From positions 62,001 to 116,886 of the forward strand of contig CAUYUJ010000205.1 in assembly GCA_963575745.1 (NCBI GenBank): 54,886 bases of DNA, given 5' to 3'. A model generated the notes under the pieces. That model had not been told where the DNA came from. It searched no databases and saw only the letters and a list, made by a program, of their open reading frames with translations. Position numbers and translations under genes: made by a program. This document shows, one piece after another, positions 26,681-38,081 of the stretch (positions are counted from its first letter, which is position 1; each line of letters starts with the position of its first letter). Source of the DNA: Prorocentrum cordatum. Taxonomy: Eukaryota.

Positions 26681-28259
26681 GAGGGGCCGGTGTTCTCGGC
26701 AGGGAGACCCCGGCGCCACGCGCTTCTTCCTCAGCCTCAACGACCAGATCTTCCGCATATTCGGAGGGGACCAGATCAAGAAAATGGTCTCGGCTATGTC
26801 CTTTTCTGGCTCGGACGACACGCCCCTGGAGTCTGGGCTGCTCTCCAGCTCTCTCGAGGAGGCCCAGAAGAAGGTGGAAAACTATTTTTACAGCGTGCGC
26901 AAGGGGGTCTTCGACTACGACGACGTCATGGACACGCAGAGGAAGATTGTGTACAGCCTGCGCAGGCGCGCACTGCTAGAGGACGACGCCAGCATCCGGT
27001 CCACTCTGGAGGAGTTCTCTGACAAAAACATGAACGACTTCGTCGAGGGGCACGTCGACGTCAAGAAGCCCGTGGAAGATTGGAACCTGGACAAGCTGGC
27101 AGAGAACGTGGGGATCTACTGGACTACCATGCGGGAGACGGTGACGCCCGAGGCCCTGAGGGCTGCCGCGGCTCTGGGCGGCGACGATGGCGTCCGGGCG
27201 GTGACGGCTTACCTGCAGCGGAGTGCCAGGGACGCCTTCTCGCAGAAGTGCACGAGCATCGAGCAGAGTGGTCCTGGGCTGACCGGCATGGTGACGCGCA
27301 GGATCTTGTTGATGCAGCTAGACAACTTCTGGCAGCAGCACCTGAAGAACATGGACTTCCTCAAGAGCAGCGTGACGCTGCGGTCCTATGGCCAGAAAAA
27401 CCCACTGACGGAGTACAAACTTGAGGGCTATCAGATGTTTTTGAAGATGATGTCCAGGATAAGACGCAACTCTGTGTACAACGTTGGTTTGTTCACTCCG
27501 CGCAAGCTTACGAAGATGTCCGAGGAACGCGTGTCCAGCCTCATCCCAAATGCTGAGCAGCGCCAGCAACAGATGTCGGAGATGCTGTCGGGCCCCCATG
27601 GCGAGAAGATAAAGGAGCTCATGGGGATGGGAGACGACCAGGACCCGACGGTACGCACCATCAACCTGGCAAGACTGGCGCTGAACGTTCGGCAGCTGCT
27701 GGACGCGCGGGAGAGCCTGGGGGAGCTGGCCATGGCCAGCTTCAGTGAGCTGAGAGACGGCATGCAGCGTGCTGGCCTCCTCACAGTGGGTGACCAGCTC
27801 AGATGGGCCGCTACCTGCAACGAGTTCGAGCTATTCGAGGACGAGATGGCAGGCGAGGTCTACCTGGCCCTCCGGAAGAGCGAGGAGATCGCCCCGGACT
27901 CGTCCCTGAGCCCCGAGGAGAGGCAGGAGGCCAGGCGTAACTTCATGGTGGCCATGGAGGACCCCGAGTTCCTGCGGACCGTCGGGCAGTTCTCCACCTC
28001 CCCAGACGCCTTCCTGGCCCAGATGAAGGAGGTCGCGGGGGAGCAGGGCTGGACCGCGGAGGACGTCAAGCGCCTGCGCGAGATGTACGCCGCGGCCGGC
28101 GTGAACATCGACGAGGTGATGGCCCAGATGAGCGAGTCGTCCGAGGCCATGCCCCCGGAGCAGAGGGAGGTCGTGGAGTACATGCGGGTGCTGCTCTCGG
28201 GCGACGGCGCGGGTGCGTCCAGCACGGAGAGAGAGGACGCGGGGACGGTGCGGGTCTGA
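23235..28259 (+). CDS. secA: Plastid-targeted preprotein translocase ATPase SecA, ~1280 aa; exons 23235-23308, 23592-~23835, ~24389-25027, 25183-26184, 26361-28259
   Basis: SecA motifs [98 protein letters not shown] and [11 protein letters not shown]. Removing introns 1, 3 and 4 restores the frame exactly. The intron 2 boundaries are approximate. Confidence 0.95.
23309..23591 (+). mobile_element. secA intron 1 (GT-AG, phase 2, 283 bp), Introner/MITE-like
   Basis: Inverted repeat AGATCCCGACGTCGTGAACA (23317-23336) / TGTCCACGACGTCGGATCT (23569-23587). Junction direct repeat GGTGCCCTCA / GGTGCCCCCA. Confidence 0.8.
23836..24388 (+). other. secA intron 2 (~550 bp; exact splice sites unresolved)
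   Basis: Stop at 23863-23865 and a frame change between the presequence and the SecA core. Short inverted repeat GCGCCAACTGA / TCAGTCGGCGC near the ends; ATGGA and TCAGT occur near both junctions. Confidence 0.6.
25028..25182 (+). mobile_element. secA intron 3 (GC-AG, phase 0, 155 bp), Introner/MITE-like
   Basis: Splits the DE|VD Walker B motif. Inverted repeat AGGGGTCGACCCAAA (25037-25051) / TTTGGGTCGATCCCT (25165-25179). Junction direct repeat GAGGCAGAC / GAGGTTGAC. Confidence 0.88.
26185..26360 (+). mobile_element. secA intron 4 (GT-AG, phase 0, 176 bp), Introner/MITE-like hairpin
   Basis: Inverted repeat TAGCCGATCCCAATCCCCACAGGCA (26200-26224) / TGCCAGTGGGGATGGGGATCGGTTA (26322-26346), 22/25 match. 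Inner GCCCCACC/GGTGGGGC pair; AAG|GT at both junctions. Confidence 0.88.
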
Positions 28260-29132
28260 CTCGTGATTGGCGTGCGACCCGCCTCGCGGCGGCGCGCAGA
28301 GTGGGGTGGCGCCAGGTGGGCGGCCTTCTCAGGAGGCAGGGGGCCTCGTGGAAGTCCTCCTGCCTTCTAAGAATGAAGTCCTCGTGTAAGCCTCCCAACA
28401 CTTCCAAGACGCGCCCCCTCTGCGTTCTCAGAAGGCTGCCCGCCTTCGCCCCCGCCCTCTTTCACGCGTTGAGCGAGCCTCGGCCTCGACTCTGCAGCTC
28501 GCCGCTCCGCCAGGGAATGTTCCCCGCGCCCGCGGCCACACCGACGCGATCGCCCACCGACTGCAAGCGCCAGACCTCCGACGATCGTGACCCCGTGCGT
28601 TCGCACGGGGGGCCCGCGCGGCGCAGGCTGTGGTTTTTGAGTGCCCCTTCGGGCCCCGAAGCTGGCCCCGAGAGCGGAGGCACGAACCGATGCCGATGCC
28701 GCTGCTCCCTGGTCCTTCCTCTCCCGGGGCGCCTTCTGGCCAGGACTCTCCGGTCGCCCCCCTTGGGGCCGCGAAGGTGACCGCGCCTTGCAGGTCGCGG
28801 CCCGGGCCCGAGGGCTGCCCTTCTCCAGGGGGGCGGCGCAGGGGCGCGAAGCTGGGTGGCCTGGCATCCCGAGGCGGAGCGGGCCTTGGCCACGGGGGCT
28901 TCGGGGAGAGCACGCGAGCGGCGGGCGCGAGGGCGGGGCATCGGCATCGGCGTGAAGCGCGTGCCGCTCCTCTCGGGGAGGCCCCCGAGCTCGGGGACCG
29001 GCAGGCCGCGCCCCGGCCGCCTCGGCAGGGCCAGGCGGCCGCCACGTCAGAAAGCGTCACCGCCGGGCGCTCCCCTGTGCGGCCTCTGCCGCCCGCGGGG
29101 GCCCTTCGACGGAGGAGCAGTCGACGGCGAGT

Positions 29133-29308
29133 TGGAGGAGGAGGAGGAGGAGGAGGAGGAGGAGGACGACGACGACTAAGAGGAGGACGAGGAAATGGAG
29201 AAGGATAATGATGAGGGCAAGGAGGAGGAGGATGATGAGGAGGATGATGATGCTGCTGCTGATGATGATGATGATGATGATGATGAGGATGAGGAGGAGG
29301 AGGAGGAC
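29133..29308. repeat. (GAG)n/(GAT)n compound microsatellite
   Basis: Direct observation; similar purine-rich runs at 29893-30035, 30730-30805, 34085-34515 and 38970-39215. Confidence 0.95.
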
Positions 29309-30849
29309 CAGTGTAACCCCAAGAGTCACCAACGATGTTGGAATAAGCCCTCACTCCAAGCTCCCTTTCATAGGCCCCCACAAGGGTTCCTTGTCCATTG
29401 AGGGAACTGCCTCATCGGAAGACAGCCGTTTGACGACCCTGAAGAATGCCAAAACGTTCTTCTCGGGACTCCAACGCCACGGATCAACCTGATTGTTGCG
29501 TCTTGACGATCCTGAATCGTGCCAGGATGCCATTCCTGGGACATCAACACCGCGAACCAAAGTAACTGTTGCACCCTCACAATCCTGAGTCTCTCCAAAG
29601 CACTATTTCTGGTACGCGGACCAGTGGAATCCGCGAATCGCTTGCAATTTCTATGACGGACTGTGCGCGGCGCTAAGGCGAGAGCGATATTTTGAAAAGC
29701 AACCGCCCTCAATCTTCGAAGCTCAGGCAAAACAGCAACTCCACATTTTGAAAAACCACCCGCCCTCCATCTGTGAAGCTGTTGCCAATTTGAAGCTTCA
29801 GGGCCATGAGCGGTGATGAAGTCTCAGGCGAAACGCCCGGGCCCTTTCGACCTGCCTTGGGGTGCAACAGGGAGAAGTTATTCATAAGGCAAGGAGAGGA
29901 GGAGGACAACGAGGACGTGGAGGAGGAGGAGGAGGAGGGAGGGAGGGAGGGAGGGAGGGAGGGAGGGAGGGAGGAGGAGGAGGAGGAGGAGGAGGAGGAG
30001 GGGGAGGAGGAGCAGGATTGGATTGGATTGGATTGGACACGTCGAGAGCAAGGCTGGGCCATCCAGCAACGAAGGTTGGAGAGCAAACCTTGCACCGCTA
30101 AGCGGCATAAGGTAGCCATCCAAACACCATGCCAGGAGGACCCGACCTAGAGACAACAACCGCGATGAGTCCCATGCAGAGCAGCGCTGCAAACCGTTCC
30201 ACTGGTTGCCGCCGCCAACCAGGCAGACGTCACCAGAAGAGTGCGCGACTGAGACTTAAAGGCCATGCGCACTGAGTCCGTGACGCACCAACTCCGTGAC
30301 ATTAAGTTTCCGCGCCACGGAGGGCTCATTTTTGACCGTCGGTCAGTTTTTGACCGGCGATCGACAATAAACAGCCACATTATGTTGCGTCGCAGCCCCC
30401 TCATCCTCAGGAGCTCCTCCAAGCCTCCAGTACGTCATTTCCCAAAGCAAATAATCCGCCACCGTGCCTTCAGCACGTAGTGGAGTGTTCCACTCTGCGA
30501 GCCAGTGGGCAGGACCGAGGGGGCACAGTCGCCAACACCGCGCACAAGCGCGCACTGAGTGTGCTGGGTTTACATGCATGCCAGGTTCAGCACACACGCC
30601 TGAAACAAACGTTCACACGACGCGGAAGTGTCAAACAGAATTGTCTAACAGAGTGTCGGCTCGCCTCGTGTACGTTCACACGACGCGGAACTGTCAAACA
30701 AAATTGTCTAACTGACTGTCGGCTCACCAAGGAGGAGGAGGAGGAGGAGGAGGAGGAGGAGGAGGAGGAGGAGGAGGAGGAGGAGGAGGAGGAGGGGGAG
30801 GAGGATGCAATGAGGGAGGGGGGGCAAGGAGAGACGACTAAAGCAGTTG

Positions 30850-32340
30850 GGAGACAGGGACAAGTTCCTTAAGAACAACATCATTGCCCTTGGCGTGCGA
30901 GGGGTCTTACCCTCCCGCACTCGCTTGAGATTATACCTGAGGTGGTCACTGGTTGGCCCTCCAAGGCAGTCCTCCGCAAGCTTGTTAAAGTCGTCCTGAT
31001 TCGGTCATGCATCCACACGCCATGCAAATGAAAATAACGCCACCAGGGTATTGGGTAACATGCAAGTGGTGGCGGCGCGGGTTCGCGAAGAGAGCGGGGA
31101 GCTCGGGGTGAGCCTGCTTGCAAGCAGGTGTGGGCAAGGGAGGGTCACGCAGGCTGCGCCTCAGGCAGACTCTACAAACCCACCTGGGCTGCCTCCACAC
31201 CCAGCGGTGGCCGCCCACTGTGAGACAGGCGGGTACAGCAGGGTCACTGTCAGGAGGAGAAGGGGCAGGGGGAGGGGCAGGTGGAGGGGGAGGGGCGGGG
31301 GGGGGGCATTGGACGACCCTGCGGCCGCGCCGAGGGGGAGCCAGGGAGCTCCAGTGCAGCAGTGCTTTGCATACGAATTTGAGGTACTGGGCCAAAGGAT
31401 GGCACTCGCGAGAATGCTCGTCGAGCTCAGCTGCCGAGGGGCGCGCGTGCGAAAGCGCCGCCGAGTTGGCCAGTAAGTCGGCCCAATGGTTACCTTTAGC
31501 CTGGTACCACTCCTCGTTGTAGGGAGTGAGGTCACTCAGATCTACATGGGCTTTCACTTTAGAAATGCGTAGCTGCTCATGCGGCCTGGGGAAGGCACGG
31601 ATCCCAAGAAGCTTCACTCCAGCATAATAGGACCTTCGATCGAAAACTGCCTCTGGAGCCTTCTCCGCGGCAACGACAAGACCCTCGTAATCAGTGCAGA
31701 ACTCGCTGGCATAAGGTGCATGCCTACACGAAGCAAGAACACCTACATGTTCAGCGGCCGGGCTGGTTTGAGGTGGGAGACGACCTACTTTACCAGAGAT
31801 CGAAGCGTCCACTTCGCCATGACCAGTGATACAGACACAAGCCCAACCAGCACTGTGGTGTACCCGATGTCCGTCTTTGAAGCAAGATCCATCCCAGAAG
31901 AGCCTCTTGCCTCTAAAGGCTTCAAGTACAGTTGCGCCAGGATCCACGCAATGGAATTCGTACCGCTCATGCCCCAGACCGTCAGGTGGACAACAGATGC
32001 TCTCCGGCTCAACTTGGAGGCCTAACATCAAGGGGCACTTCCCGCTCCCGTGCATGACTACATTCTGAACCAACTCTGAAAGAAACTCATCTCGCAGCGC
32101 CCTCGTGGCAGGGCAGAGGAACAGCCGGTGATGCAAGTCATCAGATATAGCACCGCAAAGCGGGCAAGATGAGTCAGGAATAGTGTACCCCATTTGCAAT
32201 AGACGCCAATTCGTGTAGACGCTCTGCAAAAGGAAAGCTTTCAACATTCGCTTCTCAGCCGCACTCAGGGCGTCAGAAAACAGAAGGCTCCCAGCAACGG
32301 ACATATCCACCCTTTCACGCTCCAACCCGCGGGTGCGACG
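30850..32340 (-). mobile_element. 5'-truncated non-LTR retrotransposon 3' end: zinc motif + RNase H + C-terminal zinc fingers
   Basis: CPLCGAISDDLHHRLFLCP; RNase H motifs FWDGS, QTSPAAE, CTDYEG, KVKAH, GNHWADLLA; then GHRW..CRVC and HHL..CMACG. A 1-nt frameshift at ~30987 continues as NKLAEDCLGGP..LKRVREGKTP. Confidence 0.88.
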
Positions 32341-32424
32341 AGGGTGGGGTGTGAGGGCCGCGGGTGCGACGAGGCAGGGAAGAAGACCATAACCCCAGTA
32401 AGCATGTGGGGAATCATAAGAAGA

Positions 32425-32787
32425 GCAATAATAATACGTATGATAACAATAGTAAGAAGAATGCGACTACGAATCATAATCATAAGAGTAAGACTAAGAA
32501 GACAAATACGAATACGGATAATCAGGGTACTAAGAAAATAATAGCAATAATCCGGATAATAATAATAATCATGATAATAATAGTAATATATCTAGTACTA
32601 TTAATACTAATATTAATACTAATAGTAGTAGTAATAATAATAATAACAGCAACAATAATACTACTAATGATAATAGTAATAACAATAATAGTACTACTAC
32701 TAATCATCATACTAATACTAATATTATTATTAATAATAATAATCATACTAATAATACTAATAATAATAATGATAATAATAGTAATAC

Positions 32788-32828
<41 letters not shown>

Positions 32829-33065
32829 TTACTAATACTAACAATGATAATAATAATAATGATAATAATAATAATAATGATAATAATAATAGTAATACTA
32901 TTCGAGCACGAAGAAGAGGAGGAGGAGCAGGAGGAGCAGGAGGAGGAGGAGGAGGAGGAGGAGGAGGAGGAGGAGGAGGAGGAGAGGGGGGGAAGGAGGA
33001 GGAGGAGGAGGCGGAGAAGGAGGAGGAGGAAAACGAAAACGACGACGACGACGACCACGACGGAA
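32425..33065. repeat. Degenerate (AAT)n followed by (GAG)n microsatellite
   Basis: Direct observation. Confidence 0.95.
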
Positions 33066-33179
33066 ATGCAGCAGAGGAAAAGGAACTTGACATGAAGCCG
33101 ATGAGGTCAAGGATGAAGGGGAGAACGTGGATGAAGGAAGAGAAGTTGGAGGCCAACGAGGACGAGGACAGAGCTTTCA

Positions 33180-34256
33180 AATCCCCTCTTGGAGATCTCT
33201 TGGGATTCTTTTGGGGGATCTTGGGTTCCTCTTGGGGCTCTTTCGCGGGGCCGTAGGGCCCTCTTGGGGCCCTCTTGGGGCTCCTGGCGGGTCCTTTGGG
33301 GTCCTGGAAGGCCTCTTGGGGCCATTCGGGAGGCCATCGATCAAAAGGGGGAGTGTCGTAAATTTGCTTCCCCCCCTGGGGCCATCATAATCGCCTCGTG
33401 GGGCGCTCTTGCGACGCTCTTGGCCTGATCTTGGGCGCCCTTGGGGCCGTTTTGGGCGCGTCTTGGACCAATATTGGGGCTCTCTTTGGTCATCTTGGGG
33501 CCATCTTCAGATCCCCAAAGCGCATCGGGCCAACATCATCGATTTTCCATTGTTTTTTTGGGGCCATCTTGGGGCCATCTTCGGGCCAACCTCATTGACT
33601 TTCCATGCTTTTTTGCAGATTTGGGCCCCTCAGGGGGTGTCCTGATGGGGGTCTCCGGGAGCACCTGGAACCGTCTCGTGCCCCTCGTCGGGCCTCTTGG
33701 AGGTATGCCGGAAGCTATCGTGAACGATCGTCGGCTGGATTGAGCCATCCTGGCGGCCGTCTTGGAGCATTGGAGGCCCTAATGCAGCCATCTTGGGCGC
33801 CCTCACGCGTCGCGCCCCCGAGAAAAAACATAGAAGGGAAGCAGTTTTTGGAACAGGAAATAAAGGTATCGCTGCACCACCTTCGCCCAAAGGGCTGGTG
33901 GAACGCTTCACGCTTCGTGTAACCCCGCCAGCCCATACAACAAGTCTGCTTATGCATGGGGCGAAGAGACACATATAGTCAAACAAAGCGGGCAGCCAGG
34001 GTGAGCAGAGAGATCTCTGGAGCAAGGGGGTGGCCTTGGAGAGCCTTTTCGGGCCACCCCTGAAGCTCGCGTGGGGGCGAGGGAAGGCGGAGGAGGAGGA
34101 GGAGGAGGTGGAGGAGGAGGAGGAGGAGGAGGAGGAGGGGAGGGAGAAGGAGGATGACGACGACGATGGCGACGACGGCGACGACGATCACGACGACGAG
34201 GAAGAGTAGGAAGAGGAACAGGAAAACGATGAGGGCAAGGATGATTACGAGGAGGG

Positions 34257-34325
<69 letters not shown>

Positions 34326-34357
34326 GGAGGAGGAGGAGGAGGAGGAGGAGGAGGAGA

Positions 34358-34391
<34 letters not shown>

Positions 34392-34401
34392 GGTGGTGGT
34401 G

Positions 34402-34471
<70 letters not shown>

Positions 34472-35135
34472 GAAGGAGGAGGAGGAGGAGGAGAAGGAGG
34501 AGGAGGAGGAGGAGGACAATTAGGACAAGGACAGATCCCTTAAAGCGCCTCATGGGGTCCTCTTCGGGCTCTTTTGGGGGGTCTTGGGGTCTTATTGGGG
34601 CCCTCTTGGGGCTCTCTTGGGGGCCTGTTGGGAGCTCTGAAGGACCCCTTGAGGCTATCGTGGAGGGCGTGGGTGAAAAGACAGGGGTCTTAACATTTGC
34701 CCCATCCCCCCCCTGGGGGCCTCTGAACTCGCCCCTGGAAGTCCTCTTGGGGTGCTCTCGGGGCGATCTTGTGCGCTCCTGGTGCCGTTTTGGGGGCCTT
34801 CTGGGCCGATGCCAACATCCTTGATCTCCAGAGGTTGGAGGATTTGGGCCGCTGGGGGGTGTCTTCTGGGGGCTCCGAGAGCACGTTGAGCCGTCTTGCG
34901 GCCCACGTCGGGCCTCTTGGAGATATGTCGGAAGCTATCTTGAACCGTCGTCGGCTATCTTGTGCCGCTTTGGAGGCCATCTTGAAGCATCGGACGACCT
35001 CTTAGAGCCATCTTGGGTCATCTTGGGCGCCCTGACACCTCGCGGCCCGCCCAAACAAACCTCAGGGAGGGGAGTTTTTGGAAGAGGGAAGGAAGAGCTC
35101 GTTGGACCACCTTAGCGCAAGTTGCTGGTGTTTTT
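33180..35135 (-). repeat. Two diverged copies of a TCTTGGGGCC-rich dispersed repeat (~33180-33905 and ~34540-35135) separated by microsatellites
   Basis: Shared motifs CGTCGGGCCTCTTGGAG.TATG.CGGAAGCTATC.TGAAC, TCTTGGGCGCCCT and a terminal ACCACCTT.GC.CAA...GCTGGTG. Confidence 0.8.
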
Positions 35136-36499
35136 TCCCCCAAAGGTTGCCCGTAGCCTGGTTTCAGTTTGCTCTCAACCGTTTTCCTGCTCTCTTTCAG
35201 CTTCCCTCCAGGTCGATCCCTCTATGTTGTCCAAAGTCACGTTGCATGTGCGTCGTTTCGGCTAACCGTTGCCACTTCCACTATGATTTGTCCTGGCGAT
35301 TTGATATTTAGGTGGTGTTCTTCGTTGCCTCGGTATGGTTTGCGGGCCTAGTCCTTCTTTGTGACGTGAAGTTGATTGATCGTGTGAATGATCACCATGC
35401 TGACTTTTACATTCGTTGGCTGGTTAATTCGCCAGCACATCGCAGTTGTACCCGAGGGGGGTGAGGATAGGTCCGATGGCATTTTGATCGGGGCAGGTAT
35501 TGTGACACATGTAGCTGGAGTGGGCAGAGAAGGGATTGCAGTTTTGAACATGTGTATGGCGGAGGTGATGGTTTTGGTGGTTGTGGTGGTGGTGGTGTGT
35601 GCTTGTGTGTGTGTGCTCATCCCTTCTTGCGCCCTGCCCTTGTGACAGGTGGCGTGCCCCATGCTGTTACCAGGTGCGCCTGGCGCCTTCTCGCGGCTTT
35701 GCCGCCTTAGGCGGCGTCGCGCCTTCAGCTCGGCTCTGCCGACAGCCTCGCGACACTCCCAGATGGCTGTCGCGTGTTGTCTGGCTCTCCCAGAGAGCCG
35801 TTGCAGATCGTGTGGGCCGCGGGGTAAGTCTTCGCCTGTGGCGGCACCGCCGTGCTGTCTTTCGAGCAGCTGCGCGCCTCTTCGCGCTCGGCTGCTTACT
35901 TCTGTGGACGTGCATCCTGGTCAGGTTTGTTTTGCTCTTGCGCAGCTGTGTGGATCTTCGGTCTTGGTAGGTCAAGTGCACGGCCTCGGTCTGCTGCGCT
36001 GACCGATCTCTGTCGTGCCGGCTACGGCACGATCGCGCGTCTCCTCGCGCTGGCTTTGCCCCTTTCGCCCTCTCCCATTTTTATCTGCGATTTCGGCGGT
36101 GGTTGGGGGTGGTCGACACTCCGCTCATCGGTGCCACTACAGTGGGCACATTGTACTGCGGCGAACCTCACGCGCACCGTTTACTTAGTCTGAGTTTGAT
36201 GTTATGCGTGCGGCCTCATCGCACGCGCCTGACCCTCGGTCGGGTCGGCTGCTCTCTCGCTTCTCCCCCCTCCCTGGCTCCGCCCTGGACGGTCGTCAGG
36301 TGCTTGGTGCTGCTGCACCGGTATCGCTCGCTAACCCTTATCCAGCGCGTGAACCGCGCTGTCGTGGCGTCTGCCCGCCCCTCCGATGCACCTGCCCTGT
36401 CTAGGTCTCCGCCGATCGGCTGGTCTGGCAGCCTTGCAGTTTTTCATCACTGTCTTCATCGGTCCCTGGGTAAGAGGAGGTCATAACCGTAAGCGGTGG

Positions 36500-38081
36500 G
36501 TTCTTAACAATAAGCGCGGTACCACGCGAAAGTACCAGACTAAAGTATCAGACTAATGTACTAGACTCATTTATCAGACTAAAGTACCAGACTTATGTGC
36601 CAGACTAAAGTACCAGACTAGAGTACGTACCAGACTGAAGTACCAGACTAAAGTGCCAGACTAATGTACCAGACTAAAGTACCAGACAGATTACTGCGTC
36701 AGACTAGCGGTACCAGAGTAATATACCAGACTGATGAATGTACCAGACTAAAGTACTAGACTAGCGGTACCAGGCTAGCGGCACCAGACAAAAATACCAG
36801 ACTAGCGGTACCAGACAAAAGTGCGAGATTAGCGGTACCAGACTAGCGATACCAGACTAGCGGTACCAGACTAGCGGTGCCAGACTAATGGGCCAGTCTA
36901 GCGGTGCCAGACTAGCGGTACCAGACTAGCGGTGCCAGACTACTGCGCCAGACTAGCGGTACCAGAGTAATGTACCAGACCCATGTACCAGACTAATGTA
37001 CCAGACTAGCGGGACCAGACTAAAGTACCAGACCAGCGGTATCAGACTAGTGGTACCAGGCGTAGCAGACTAACGGCGCCATACTAATGGAGACTAGTGG
37101 CGCCAGACTAATGGCGCCAGACTCATGGCGCCATACTCCGTTAGCGTGGTACCAAACTACTGCACCAGACTGCAGTACCAGATTAATGTACCAGACTAAA
37201 GTGCCAGACTAAGTACCAGGCTATCGGTACCAGACTAATGAACCAGACTAAAGTACTAGACTAGCGGTACCAGACTCAAGTACCAGACTTGCGGTACCAG
37301 ACGAAGGTGGCAGACTACAGTACCAGACTAGTGTGCCAGACTAGTGTAGCAGACCAGTGGCGCCAGACTCATGGTGCCAGATTCACGGCGATGGCGCCGG
37401 ACTAATGGCGCCAGATTAAGGGACCAACGGCGCCAAACTAATGGCGCCACACTAACGGTGCCAGACCAACGGCGCCAGGCCTGTCTAATGGACTGGCAGT
37501 ACCAGGCTGACGGCACCAGACTAGCGGTGCCGTACTACAGTACCAGACTTAAGTATCAGACTAATATACCAGACCAAAGTACCAGACTGAAGTACCAGAT
37601 GAATGTACGAGACTACAGCGCCAGACTAATGGCGCCACACTAAGTGCACTCCGCTAACGGCACCAGACTAGCGGTACCAGACTAACGTACCAGATTAATG
37701 GCGCCAGATTAACGTCACCCGGCTCATGGCACCAGACTAGCGGTACCCGACTCAAATACCAGACGAAAGTACCATATTAAAGTACCAGACTGACGGCGCC
37801 AAGACTACAGGCACCAGACTGACAGCACCAGAGTAGCAGCATCAGACCAAAAACACCAAGTCAGCGTTACCAGACGAGCAGTACCAGACTGAAATACCAT
37901 ATTAACGGCACCATATTCCCAGTGCCAAACTCATGGCGCCAGACCAATGGCAACAGACTGATGGCACCAGGCTCGTGTGGTGCCAGTAGTCTGGTGCATT
38001 AGTTTTGTACATTAGTCTGGTACACGAGTATGGTACATTTGTCTGGTACATTAGTCTGGTACCGCGCTTACGATTAAGAGC
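36500..38081. mobile_element. Foldback-like non-autonomous element made of ~13-15-bp GTACCAGACT(A) tandem repeats with terminal inverted repeats
   Basis: The left end GTTCTTAACAATAAGCGCGGTACCA matches the reverse complement of the right end (GCTCTTAATCGTAAGCGCGGTACCA). The repeats switch orientation at ~37975. Confidence 0.8.

Noticed and set aside
23235..28259. Bacterial contamination or recent HGT of secA
   Set aside because: It has spliceosomal-type introns and a plastid-targeting presequence, and it is embedded in host repeats.
29310..30600. Minus-strand coding-like fragments
   Set aside because: They are broken by stops and a microsatellite, and I recognise no motif that would support a call.
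36525..37970. CRISPR or telomeric array
   Set aside because: The units are 13-15 bp with no spacers and are not TTTAGGG-like.
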